From: the human T2T-CHM13v2.0 reference genome, Homo sapiens
DNA: 64,000 nucleotides
Direction: 5' to 3' (one strand)
NCBI RefSeq assembly: GCF_009914755.1
Contig: NC_060928.1
Shown here: positions 29,964 through 44,175 of the stretch, one piece after another
How the letters are laid out: each line of letters starts with the position of its first letter
How positions within the stretch are numbered: the stretch's first letter is position 1
Translations under genes and position numbers: made by a program
Notes under the pieces: generated by a model
Seen by the model: only the letters and a program-made list of their open reading frames with translations
Database searches by the model: none
What the model was told of the DNA's origin: nothing

Positions 29964-30518
29964 CTATAAGAACAAGAAAAAGGTCATATAATATTTAAAA
30001 TTTCTTAAGTGAATTAGAATTCTTTATATTAACATTTTCTCTGAAATTCACATGTACAATTTTCTAAAGTATACTATTCTACTCTAAAAAAGACAAAAAA
30101 AGACTTTTAGAATTGTGAATAAATTAATACAATCTTTTTCCTATGTACGCCTAACAACATCTCAGGAAAGAAAAAATTTAATAACTTTTTGTTCATAATA
30201 ACTCCTTTTGTTCATATAAACTTCAAGAAGAAAAAAATGAAAACATATATAGACTTTACAATGTTTTGGCTTGTGCTGTATTTCTATAAATTGCAATGGC
30301 ATATTCTTTCTTTAAAAACAACTATGGTCAGTTATGCAAAGTGTGGAAGCAAATAATTTAGTAAAATATGATTACTCATGTATTAAAAGGAAACTCTTTC
30401 TCAATAAATTTAAGTATTAAACCATCATTTTCTATCAGGATTACTTTATTCTTTATAAACAGTGTAGGCTTATGAAAGTGATCATTCTTCTTCTCTTAAA
30501 AATATTTTCCTTTTTTAC

Positions 30519-30687
30519 CTGATAAACAGCTGCCCTTATGTTATCTGCTCTATCAGGTTCTATGCTCTGTTTCTGTGAAGGTTTTTGGTCCAAGACTTTT
30601 AAAGTCCCTAAATAGTGAGAAGAGGTAGTTGTCGATGGAGTTCTCCTTTTAGAACTAGATTTCTTCAAAAACTCAGAGGTCATTAAT
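30519..30687 (-). CDS. MAP9: MAP9 exon 9 (LMTSEFLKK...HYLGTLKVLDQK...AAVYQ)
   Basis: Within ORF 30453-30710; cttttcag| ... CAG|GTAAAA; 169 nt. Confidence 0.96.
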
Positions 30688-30709
30688 CTGAAAAGATCCA
30701 AATGAATCA

Positions 30710-31147
<438 letters not shown>

Positions 31148-31426
31148 TTAGTATACAAAGAATATTAAATTATGTAGAAGGGGACATAACTTAAATATGT
31201 CCCCTTCAACATAATTTAAATTTTATAACTTTAAGTTATATAGCTTTAAAATGATTGCTCTTTTTAAATATTTGTAATTAGAAACTTAAGAAATATGGAC
31301 CACTTCTCAAGTTACATGGAAAAAACAATACAGTAGGTTATAATCACTCTTTTAATATTTTCTTTCATCATTTTGTTACATGAAGCATTCCAAATATAAA
31401 ATTAGAAAGAATAGTACTATCTATAT

Positions 31427-31634
31427 CAGGGATTGGTGGGAAAATTTGGCCAGCCATTGGTTTTGATATACAAAGTTTATTGCACCATAGCTGTAATCAT
31501 TCATGTTAAGTTTTGCCTGTGGCTGCTTTCCTGTTAAAATAGCAGAAATGAGTAGTTCCAATACAGACTGTATCGCCTACAAAGCCTAAAATATGCACTA
31601 ACTGGCCATTTACAGAAAAAGCTTGCTAGCTCTG
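31427..31634. mobile_element. MER58A-like hAT DNA transposon
   Basis: aaagtttattgcaccatagc...tgtggctgctttc...caaagcctaaaatatgcactaactggccatttacagaaaaagcttgc. Confidence 0.75.
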
Positions 31635-32251
31635 TTTTATTTGATTAATGATAATTTGACTAACGATAATTTTAAAGATTCAGAAGGTTTTTGATTAGCA
31701 CTTATGAGTTAGGCATTCATTATCATTGGTGTGAATGAAGCTATACAGATAATCATTTTAATAAACCTACTTAGTTCATAGATTCTGAAGGCTTTCAGTA
31801 CAATTTCTCATGTTAGACAATGATACTTGATAATGAATAAGTATCATTGCTAGACTTCAGCTTTATTACCATTTTATATTGCTTGTCTCAGGAAAAGTAG
31901 GAGAAAGAAGCTCTATTCCAGAAGCAGTCTGGAGCACAAAGAATCCCTAATCACTGACATTAAGAAAGAAGAAAAATATTCCTAGGACGATCCTGGAGAG
32001 CAAAGGTATTGCATAAACATTCCAGGCACTAAAACAATCAGTAATAGACTTACTTTTTATAAATTACTTTATTTCAAATAATATCATCAACCAAGGGGTT
32101 TTATCATGAAGTTAACTACTTTCATTTTATGAAATGGAAATAAAAAGAAAATACAGTAACACCAAATGAAATTTACTTTATGAAAGTTAAATTAAAACTA
32201 GCTTTGCTAGAATGCAAGCCCATAAATGACAAATATTGGTAACTTTATTAC

Positions 32252-32322
32252 CTGGCAGATGCACTGGATGCTCTATTATTTGTTGACTTTTTATTCTTTA
32301 TATTTCTATCTTCAATTGTTTT
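32252..32322 (-). CDS. MAP9: MAP9 exon 8 (KTIEDRNIKNKKSTNNRASSASAR)
   Basis: gtttaatag|AAA ... CCAG|GTAATA; 71 nt. Confidence 0.93.
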
Positions 32323-32399
32323 CTATTAAACAGAAAATGCCAAAGATGATTTATTCATGACAACTATCCTTTTTAGGCTTAGAAGCCAAACTGCCAGTA

Positions 32400-32960
32400 A
32401 ATCACTATTCTTTAAGCATCTACTATGTGTCAAACACAGTAGAAATTGGGAGCAAATCAGTGAATAAAATGCCCTTAAGAATATTAAATTCTAGAGACGG
32501 ATGACCAAAAATAAATATATAAGCAAACATGGCTCATGAAGGACATAAAATAGTGTGCAGTGACAGAGAATGACTAGAGTGGGGCTGAGGAGCTGCTTTA
32601 AAGAAGTTGGTCAGGGAAGGCTGTCCTGAGGGGCTGACATCAGAGCTAAGAGTGCAAAGGGCCCACCGAAAGGTCTATGAAAGAAAGAAACAGCAAGTGG
32701 GTAAAAGCCTGAGAAGGGACGGAACCTGTTATCTCTGAAAAACAGAAAGAGGTGAATGGAGCTGAAGCATAGTGAATGGCAGGGAAAGCGGAGGAAGACG
32801 TGGTCAGGGAAGAACCAGGTGAGATCACTAGGCAGCGATGAGGAGTCTGGATGGAATTCTTGTGATGAGAAACCAACAAAAAGACTTTAATGGAGAATGA
32901 TTATATTTCTGTTTAGAAAAGGTCATTCAGTAGAGAGTAAGAATGAGGCCAAGGGTCCAG
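32400..32960. mobile_element. L2 3' fragment
   Basis: ttaagcatctactatgtgtcaaacac...ggtcagggaaggctgtcctgagggg. Confidence 0.65.
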
Positions 32961-33514
32961 TCAAAAGAAACAAGTTACAACCTTACTTGTTACATATGAA
33001 ATGCCTGTTCTAATTTAGAATTGCCTCTATTAGACATTCTACAATCCTGTCTATAAACTCCGGAATATCCTTTCTTCTTTTAAGGAACAACTTTTCTACT
33101 TTACACAGACTGATGGGTGCTAGTGGTAAAGTGAGAGCACAGACATAATAAACACATCCCTAACTTAGCAGTAGTGTTTTTTTCCTAAAGAAATTAGCTA
33201 AGGATGATATACCTGGAACATGGCTTAATGAACCTCCTTCATCAATTTTAAGAAAAGCTTGTATTTTATGTTATAAAAGTATTGCTCAAACACAAATTTT
33301 CAGCTAGCCCTGTTTTCTTCCGCTGATAATAAACACACAGAGCTGCTAGCTAATTGCAGCTACAAGAGATAATGACAAATTCAGGAGAAACAAAGACTGA
33401 AAATGCTACACCATAAATTTTTAAAGTATAGCACTCAGGCACAATTTAATGTAGGGACAAGTAATCCTACATATTACATATCTGTTTCTTAAGGTTATAA
33501 TAATAATGTTCCCC

Positions 33515-34010
33515 TCAACAACAACAACAAAAAACAAATAACCCCACTAAAAAGAGGGCAAAAAACATGAATAGACTTTTTGAAAAGAAGACATACAAGT
33601 GGCCAAGAAACATGAAAAAAAATGTTCACCATCACTAATCATCAGAGAAACACAAATTAAAACCACAGTGAGATATATTATACTAGTCAGAATATTTAGC
33701 TATTATTAAAAAGTTAAAAAAGTAACAGATGTTGGTGAGAACACAGAGAAAAGGGAATGCTTGTATACTCTTGGTAAGAATGTAAATTAGTACAATCTTT
33801 ATGGAAAATAGTTTGGGGATTTCTTAAGGAACTAAATATAGAACTACCACTCAATCCAGCAACCCCACTGTGAGTATCTGCCAAAAGGAAAATAAATCAT
33901 TATATAAAAAAGATACCTGCACTCATGTTTATCACACCACTAGTCACAATAGCAAAGATATGGAATCAACCTAAGTGTACATCAACATATGATTGTATAA
34001 AGAAAATGTG

Positions 34011-34048
<38 letters not shown>

Positions 34049-34400
34049 AATACTATTCAGCCACACAGAAAAGAAATAATATCTTTTACAACATGGATGG
34101 AACTGGAGGCTATTACCTTAAGTGAAATAAATCAGAAACAGAAAGTCAAATGGTACATGTTCTCACTTACAAGTCAGAGCTAAATAATGTGTACACATGT
34201 ATATAGGGTATGGAATAATAGATAATGGAGACTAGGAAAGGTGAGAGGGAGGTGCGGGATGAGAAATTACTTAATGGGTACAATGTACATTTTAGTTTAT
34301 ACTAAAAGTCTGACTTTACCACTACACAATATATCCATGTAACAAAAAAGCACTTGTAACCATTAAATTTACATGAATTGAAAAAAGAAAAAACAAAGCA
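33515..34400 (+). mobile_element. L1PB/L1MA 3' end containing (CA)n at 34014-34046
   Basis: ORF2 C-terminal and 3'UTR motifs (agatacctgcactcatgtttatc, tggaatcaacctaagtgt) with A-rich end. Confidence 0.88.
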
Positions 34401-34966
34401 ACTTCATCACCTCTGGAGGTTGCCAGGGCACCAGTTCATTATTTTGAAAATTAGGAAATAAAGGCAAAGGATCAAATACGAATAATAATACTAATGTTCC
34501 TGATGATAACCATCTATTTTAAAGAAGCACAGATGTTGATAAACTGTTGATAAACATTTCTTTAAGATTTTTGTTAAAATTGTTAACACGTTTTAAAACA
34601 ATATCCAAAAACATAACTCTAATTTAAAATCTCAGAAATTATTCCAGACAGTTATATTTTTAAAATATGAAGACCTATGGAAATATATACACTATGAGTA
34701 TGCATTTCTGAGACATTTAAAAGTATATTATGATCACACACCTCTGATAATTTTTAAACACTGGGTTTCATTATATTCACTACAAACTTTCCTTAAAGTT
34801 AAATTTTATTGGATTAAGTAAGAACCATGTGACAATACAATATCACTATCAAAAGATAAATTTTCCACTGGTAATTCAGAAGTATATAACACAGAAGATA
34901 AAATTTCTTAAAGTTCTATTTCAAGTTTTAAGCTGTAGTATGAAAAGTATGAATTTTTACAAATAC

Positions 34967-35214
34967 CTTTGAAGATGCTGTTGCACTGGTAGATATTAAG
35001 ATACTCTGAGATTTAGATAGTAGTGGATCAACTGTTCTGTCATCATCCATAATCAGTTCCGCTTTTGCCTTTTCTTCTTCAAGGTCATCAGCAGTCACTT
35101 GACTTTCCTTGGATTTCTCAACTGCAGTAGTCACATGGTCTGCTGAAAATGAATTCTCTTTATTTTCATCTGATTTCAAGGAATTATGGTTTTCAGTGAT
35201 TTCTTCATTTGGAT
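34967..35214 (-). CDS. MAP9: MAP9 exon 7 (DPNEEITENH...SATASSK)
   Basis: Within ORF 34928-35281; aaatag|ATC ... AAG|GTATTT; 248 nt. Confidence 0.95.
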
Positions 35215-36846
35215 CTATTTTGAGACAGAGTAATAGCATTAAAACCCCCTTCTGAATTAATAAGGTAAATACTTGATTCATTTGCTTTCTTTTAAATGAG
35301 GACTATCTATAAACTCTTTTTTCTTGCAAAATATGAAGAAAAGTTATCATATTAAACTTGCATAAACTCTTTTCGAAAGTGATTTACAAAAAAAAATAGT
35401 CTAGGCTTAACTAATGAAGCACTTAACAAATCTAGTACTTAGAAAAATAGCATATTAATAAACAGAATGGAATAACTACCCTAAAACAACGACATGTCAA
35501 AAGAGCTTGTTGATATACAAACCAAGTAAGTGAGATGACAATATTTGTTTAACTCTAAAGCCTGAGTTTCTTAGCTGGAACAACACGCTGCATAAGAAGG
35601 TGTCACACCTCTCTAGGCTACTACAGTTACTAGTAGTACAATTGTTGAATTGTATAGCTGCAGAAAGAACCAAGAATTAATGCAATTTTACACAGTCTCT
35701 AGTGAGTTTCATCTCACCAAGATGTAGTACTTCCTCTGATACCATAAGGGGCAATAAAGACAAGCCTATTGCTTATCCTCTCAGTGCTCCAAGAAACAGG
35801 CTCAAGCTCTGGCATAAGAAGATTCAGTTTTGCATTTATAGAATTGCTTCTACTATTCTGATTTTACCACATTTTGGAATGGGATCACCAACTTTCAGTT
35901 CTACCAACGTCCACCTTGCAGCTAAACCTGAATCTTTACTGTGAAAAGTCTTAATTCTGTTGGTTTCATTATGACCATTTTTTTGGAATTTGTTTTGAGG
36001 TAACATGGGCTTAAAATCACTCAATTCACTATTGGATTCTTTGGAGCTGTTAATCTGTTCAGTGAAAAGAACAAGAACTTTGGAACTCAAGATTTAACTA
36101 TGGTTCCATCACTGACCTTGGGTATGTTTCCCTAAGTCACTGCACTTCAGCTTTTCTCATCTGTAAAATGACAAAAATGATACTACATAGTAAGCACTAA
36201 AATGTTCATTACACATCTCAGACCTAGAAATAGCTATGTCTTTTAGGTTTCATTAAGCTACGTATCACTAAGAAAAGAAATTATGTTAACAATTCACATA
36301 TCACACCAAGTGCTTACTATGGTATTGCTGTAAATGCTTTACATGTTTAATTCTTACAACACCCTATAAGGCAAATTACTCTTATTTTACCCATTTTAAA
36401 GATCAACATACAGGGTCAGAAAGGTTAGTTACTTTGCTTATGTAATTGTGCCTGTATTGGAATCTAGCTTAGTCTCACTTTAAAATTCCACCTAGCTATT
36501 ATGTTGTCCTGCAGAATATCACAGCAACACATACATAACAGTAGTTTACCTTAAGTGCTCACTCCACTTGGGCTATTAACTAGGCTAATGGCTAAAATGC
36601 ACTATATCACTTAATTTTCACAATAACCTTATGAGACAAATAATATAACTTAGGGAAATTGAGGCACTGAGAGATTAAGTTCTGCATCCAAAATCACAGT
36701 TAGTTAACTACATAGTCAGGATTAAAACTCAAACACATAAAAACATATATTTCTCTTATAACTATACAAAGTATTATTTCTCTTACAAACAGGAGTCTAA
36801 GTAGTACAGAGTTCACATATAAGATATAATTATTAGATATAACCAC

Positions 36847-36940
36847 CTTTTCCAGATGCGTTTCCCTCAGATCCTGGTGAAAAAGAATCTCCAAGAATTT
36901 GTTTAAGTGATGATGATGCTAGACTTGTTAAGCATGAATC
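36847..36940 (-). CDS. MAP9: MAP9 exon 6 (DSCLTSLASSSLKQILGDSFSPGSEGNASGK)
   Basis: aaaacag|GAT ... AAAG|GTGGTT; 94 nt restores the phase between exons 5 and 7. Confidence 0.92.
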
Positions 36941-39900
36941 CTGTTTTCGCAAAAAAAAATACATTTGCCACATAAGTTTAATAATTAACATTTATGGGAA
37001 CAATAGCATTATTAAAACTACAAATTGAAATAGTGCATAACTCTGAAATCTGCATTATTTAGGCATTTGTTGCTGAAACGCAAAGTGTGACAAGCCAATG
37101 GAGGTAAGCATGCTTTACTTTCAAGCCTTGATGTCTTGGTCATTAAAAGGGGTCACTGAAAGAGTTATTCAAGTTCTTTAACTACCACCACCTCTCTATT
37201 TATTTTTTACCAATTTTCAAAACTCCTATTACTTAATAATCACATTTCTTATAAATATTTAAGGCCAAGATTTGATTTTGATAGCTCTTCCTACAATTAT
37301 CCTTTGAAGGAAAGCATAAAGAAGACAGGTAAAATACTTTAGTTCCAAGCAAATATTACTAGTTATCCAAATGAAAGCATTTAATAAAATCAAGTAAGCC
37401 GCTACTTCCAAATATTTTAGATAGGAAAAGCACATAGATTGCATGCACTTGAGTTTTCCTCAAAATTCTGAAAATTCTATCTGATATGAAATAATTATAT
37501 TTGTCTATCTAAGGTAAACATTTCTTCATAGAATCATCTAGCCTAAAGGTAATGATATTACAATGTAGGAAGTTCAACTTTGTTGTACAAATACTTTAAT
37601 TTTCTTTCTCCGCAGTATTTTATGGGTGCAAAGGAAATTATATGTCAAAAGCAATGGAGAGAAAACATTTGAGAAAATGGAAGAAGTGCTGAGACACTGG
37701 AGTCTACCCTGAAAGATAAAGCTTCACCTGAGGAGATCTGCAAATTAGTAGCTTTTTGCCAGAAGGCATTCTCCAGTCTATGCAGCTCAAGTAATAGAAG
37801 GCTACAGCCTTGGTGGAATGACTTGAGGGAACAGGGGACTGAGTCTAGGACCATCAGATCAGCCAATAAGTATGTGGAAAATAGCAGAGGACAGTGACCA
37901 CAAAATCTGCATATGAAATTCACCAAAAACCTTTACCACCTCTATTTGTGGCATAAGGGAGACCTCAGAGGATCCTGTAAAAGCATAGAAGCTAGAAACT
38001 GAAAAGAATTAAGCAGAAATTTCAGCTGATATCCACTGCAGGAGAAACAGGATTGGGAATTTGTGTCCAGCCATGATATCCACTTGCTAGAAAATATGTT
38101 TGAAGGGACATAAAAGAATACAGAATCTCTACAAAATATCATTCAGAACACCCGGTATTCAATCAAAAGTCACTAAAGAAACAGAAAATGGTGACACTTA
38201 TTTAAAAAACAAAATAAAAAAACAGAGAATGGTCAATAGGAACCAACCCAGAGATGACTCACGTTTTAGAGTTAGCAGACAAGGACTTTAAAATAGCTAA
38301 TATAAATATGTTCAAGCACTTTGGGGAAAATATATGCATGATGGCTGAAAAGATGGGGGATTTTATATTAAAAAACAGAAAAAATACCAATAGAAAATCT
38401 GAAGTTGAACACCACAATAAGTGAAATAAAAAATTCACCTGGAAAACACACATACTTTGCAACTGCAAATGGAACTCTCACGACATACCCTTTTGCTGGG
38501 CCATTAAAACAAAACAAAATAATTTAATACAATTTGAAATCATAAAAGATACATTCTCCGGACCACAATCTGTAAACGTGAAGACTAAGTAATACAAGTT
38601 ATTCAATCTTAAAAACAAAGAGGAAAAAAGATTTAAGAAATATAAACAGAATCTCAGAGATCAGTGAGATATAGCACAAATTTCAATGCATGTGTAACTA
38701 CAGTACCAAAAGGAGAGGATGAAAAATAGGGTGGGAAATAACAATCTTCCCATTTCACAGACAGTATCAGCTTATAGGTTTGGAAAGCTCAACAAACGTC
38801 AAGCAGAATAAACATAAAGAAAGCTAGACCCAGGCACCATGCAGTCAAATTGCTGTAATCAAAAGATAAAAACCACAATCTTGAGTAAAATTCCTGACAG
38901 CATTCAGACAAAATCAACACATTATATAGAGAGGACAATGAAATGAATGATTACAAGAGAGGCCAATAAAAATGGAAACCTATAAAGAGCTGGAGGTAGA
39001 AGAAGGCAACTGTTAGACAAGAAGAATACAATCACATCAACCACCATTTGAAAACAAAGATGAGACAAATACTTTTAGAAAAGCAAAGACTGAGAAAAAT
39101 CCATCACTAGTAAACCTGTATTACAAGAAATGTAAAATAAGTTTGTAAGACTGACAGGACACAAAATGGTAATCTGAATCTACAGGAAGAAATGAAGATC
39201 CCTAGAAATTGTATATGTATTTATAGATATGTAATATCTATAAATAGATTATATAGATGTTATATATCTATATAATATATAAGAATAGAATATATATTAC
39301 CTATATATAGATATTGTCTACAAATATATATTATCTATATTTAGCAATAGAATGTTATCTATAATATATACAATATATAATACAGTAGATATATAATATA
39401 TATTTATTCTAGCCTTCTTTAATTTTTTAAAAGTCTAATACAAAAAACTGAAAGGGCTCTTTAAGAAAAAGTTATAACTCTATTGTGGGGATTATAGGAT
39501 ATGTAGATATAATATATGACAATAGCACAATGGATGAGGGAGTATATGGAACTATATTATTCCAAGGTTTCTAGATCAAATGTGAAACAATACAATATCA
39601 ATTCTAAATAGATTGTGATAATTTTCAGATATATTCTGTAATCCACTGATCAACTCTGAGAAATACAATGCAAACAAATATAGATAAAAGGTCAATAATA
39701 ATAAAAAACTAAAAGATTCATGATTATCTCCTCAAAAAAAGGCAAGAAAGGAGTAACAGAGAAACAACAATAAAAACAATAATTTTAAAAAACAGATAAA
39801 TAGAAAATAAAGAGCAACAAATTGCTCCTAAATCCAATCATAGCAGTATTTACATTAAATGGACAAAACATTCATAAATGGACTAAACACTACATTAAAA

Positions 39901-40877
39901 GGCATAGATTGTCAGACTTAATAAAAAAGTGACACCAAACTCTTATTGTAAGAGATTCACTTACATGAAAAGACAGAATTAGTTTGAAAGAAAAAAGATA
40001 GAAAGCATATACCATGGAAACACTTGTCATAAGAAAGCTGAAGTATTACACAAAACAATCTATAAGATAAGGAAAGGAATATTACCAGAGGTAGAGACGT
40101 TTCATAATGCTCAAAACATAATAATAATAAATGTGTATGTGCCTGATAACAAAGTTATAAAATACTGACAGAACTAAAGAGAAGTATAAACAAACCCACA
40201 AACATAACTGGATATTTTAATACCCCTAAGTTGGTAACGGGTAAACAAATTGGATGAAAAATCAGTAAGGATAAAGAAGATCTGAATGATATTACCAACC
40301 ATGTTGACCAAACTTAAATTATACAACATTATATTCAACACCTGGAGAACACATCTACTTTGCAGATGCAAATGAGACTTTCACAAGATACACTAAAGCT
40401 GGGCCATTTAGAAATAATAATAATAATTTTTAAAAATTTGAAATCATGTAAGATACATTCTCTAGACTACAACAAAATTAACTTATAATTAACATCAAAA
40501 GTATATCTAGAGAAAAAACAAGTATTTGAAAATAAAATAAATCACCATAAAATAACCAACTGGTCAAAAAAGAGATCACAATGATCACTATATATTATAT
40601 GTATCGAAAAATCACTATGTACCCCATGTACAATTATTATTTTTCAACTAAAAAAATAAATTTTTAAAACAGGAGATCACAAGGGAAGTTAAAATATATA
40701 TTTAAAGAAATGATAATAAAAATAAAAGGCATCAAAAAATCGGGGCCACTAAAGCAGTACAAAGAAGAAAGTTTACACCTTTCAACAGGTTTAGCAGAAA
40801 TCACGAAAATCTTAAAAATGAATGAGAAAATTTTCAAATCTAAAGATAAGCAAATTAAACCAAAAGAAAGTAAAAGA

Positions 40878-41324
<447 letters not shown>

Positions 41325-41904
41325 GACAAAGCCGAAGTGGTTCTTAAAAACGTTTAATAAAACTAAGCAATGCCTATCAAGATTTAGCACGAAAGACACA
41401 AAACACAAATTATATATGTTAGAAATAAAAATGAAATGTCATGATAATCCTAGTCATCAAAAGAATGAGGGACTATCGTGAACAACTCTGTTTATAAACT
41501 CAACATATCAGATGAAATGGACAAACTTCTTGATAGACACAATTACCAAACTGGCAAAACAGAAAATGTGAGTACTGAAATACCTATTTAAAAAATCAAA
41601 TGTAATGCCAAAGATGTCTCCACACAGAAAATTCCAGGCCCAGATAATTGTACTGGTGAATCCTCTCATTTAAGAAAATAATGATACCAAACTTTTATAA
41701 AATGAAGAAAAGACACTCCCCAACTCATTTGATACCCAAGCCTGATGGTAACATTATAAGAAAAAAATTACAGACCAATAGACTTCATAAATATAGATGC
41801 AAACCTTAACACAATTTTAACAAATCACATCCCACAATAAAATATCACACCATGACTAACCAGAGTTTATCCCGGGAATGCTAGGTTTAACATACGAACA
41901 TTAA

Positions 41905-42352
41905 TGCCCCAAAATTCATGTTCATCCAGAACCTCAAAATACGACTTTCTTAGGAAATAAGGTGTTTACAGCTTTAAATAGATAAGATGAGGACACACTC
42001 AATTAGGGTGGGCCCTAAATCCAATGCCTGGTGTCTTTTTTTAAGAGAAAGAAGAGACACAGACATGCAGAGAAAACACAGGGAAGAAGGCCACATGGGA
42101 TGAAGGCAGAGAAGGGAATGATGCAGCTACAAGCCAGCTACAAGCCAAGGAATGCCATGGACTGCTGGCAACCACTAGAAAGAAGCTGGAAGAGGCAAGG
42201 AAGGATTCTTCCGTGATGCCTTCAGAGGAAAATGGCCCTGCAAACACCTTGATCTTGGACTTCTGACCTCCAGAACTAAGAGAATACATTTCTGTTGTTT
42301 TAAGTTAACCAGTTTGTGGCAATTTGTTACAGCAGCTACAAGAAACTAGCAC
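41905..42352 (+). mobile_element. MLT1C/D MaLR LTR
   Basis: agggtgggccctaaatccaatg...caagccaaggaatgcc...ttggacttctgacctccagaact...gttacagcagc. Confidence 0.85.
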
Positions 42353-43384
42353 AATATTCAATGGATCAGATAATTTTCTTAAATATAAAGTATTTGCTTG
42401 GGTTTCTTCTTCTGGTTTTCAGAACAAATTAAGAAACAGCATGGTGGTGTCAGTTAGGCGTATATCAAATTGTCAGCTTTACTGGTAAAGCTCAACTGCA
42501 GAACAAGATTTGAATTGGTAGCCTATTGTGCTTCCTAATACTTCCAGTCTGAATTAGGGGGATTCCCCCATTTAGTCATTGCACAAAAGAGCTCCTCTCA
42601 GCACCTTCTGCCTCACCTCCCAGAGAGCAGATCCTTAAGCACCAACACTGCAGACAAGCGATGAGAAAAAGAAAGAAGCTTGGCCAGGTGGCATGCAGTT
42701 CCCTAATCTGCCCAAGCAGATTATGGGGAAGAAATGTTCTTCCTGTACTTTTCCCTTCTGAAATGTTCAGAAGGGACAGTTTGCTTCTCATAGTGAAATA
42801 CAAAGAGAAAAACGAAGTGTTCTCCCTTAATAACAATGCATAGTAAATTCCCTGATGGAAACCTGAAAGGCCACATTTAATGCTATTGGAACATAACCCA
42901 AAGAACACAGAAGAGTGCCATGAACATTCAACACACATTTGTTGAGTGAATAAAATCAAATAAATAAAATGACACTGACTATATTGTTCTTAGCCATAAA
43001 TTACATAATTCAAAGATACATAAATTTAAAAAATTATTAAAGATAAACACTATTATATAGATTCAGAAAAGCAACACTTTTTGACATTTTACTTTCTCTA
43101 AAACTGGATAAACTCTACAATCACTGGTGTGTTATAGTTTAATTGGATGCATTTCCTTCTTCCTTAGTGGTATGTAAAATAATGCTACGTCTTACAATTG
43201 ATGCAGTTTTAGACTCGGTGGAATACAGTGTATTTTTAAAAATTATTTCCTTATCAGTTGCAGAAGAAAGTATGTAAAACACACACACACGCACACAAAT
43301 TCATTCTCTCCTTCTCTTTTTCATAATCAGATAAAAAAGCATAAATTCAAGAACACAATTCAACAGTTTAGTGGTAGTGCTAAC

Positions 43385-43611
43385 CTCAGGATCAAGGTTT
43401 TCAGAGAATGCTTTTTTCTCAGCTTCTAATTGTATGCCATTCGGCGTTGGAAGGGAAGAAGGTGCAGAATGTAACTCCAATTCTTCACTGAGGGCAGTTT
43501 CTTTATCTTCTAGTCCATCCTTCTCCTCCATGTGACTTTTCTTTTTCAACATACTCCTTGGCCGAGGTGATGGTTTAAAGTGATCATCTGTGTCAAGGCT
43601 GTTGTTTTCTG
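43385..43611 (-). CDS. MAP9: MAP9 exon 5 (AENNSLDTDDHFKPSPRPRSMLKKK...ENLDPE)
   Basis: Overlaps ORF 43301-43552; ttttcag|CAG acceptor, GAG|GTTAGC donor; 227 nt. Confidence 0.95.
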
Positions 43612-43803
43612 CTGAAAAATAAAATGCTTAAAGTGTGTGTATAAAAAAATGACCATGGCTTTATCTATCTCTCTGGGTGCTACCATACTTCCCTCCTGTG
43701 CCTATGCCCCTTTGTTCTCTGTCCTGAAGAGTCCAGATGAAGCCCACAACTCTTCTCTATACAGAGCTCTAGTAAGGCACAAATAAATGATGGTTAATAA
43801 TCA

Positions 43804-44175
43804 GGCCGGACGCGGTGGCTCACGCCTGTGATCCCGACATGTTGGGAGCGGTGACTCACGCCTGTAATCCCAGCACGTTGGGAGGCCGAGGTGGGCAGAT
43901 CATGAGGTCAGGAGTTCGAGACCAGCCTGGCTAACACGGTGAAACCCTGTCTCTACTAAAAATACAAAAAAATTAGCCGGGCTTAGTAGCGCGTGCCTGT
44001 AATCCCAGCTACTCAGGAGACTGAGGCAGGAGGATTGCTTGAACCCAGGAGTCTGAGGTTGCAGTGAGCCGAGATCGAGATCACACCACTGCACTCCAGC
44101 CTGGGTAATAAGAGCAAAAATCCATCTAAAAAAAAAAAAAAACCAAACAACAACAACAACAAAAAAAAAACAAAG
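43804..44175 (+). mobile_element. AluS with duplicated 5' segment
   Basis: Alu in which gcggtggctcacgcctgt..gttggga occurs twice in tandem. Confidence 0.9.

Noticed and set aside
39200-39410. AT-rich TA repeat
   Set aside because: Ordinary low-complexity expansion inside an old L1
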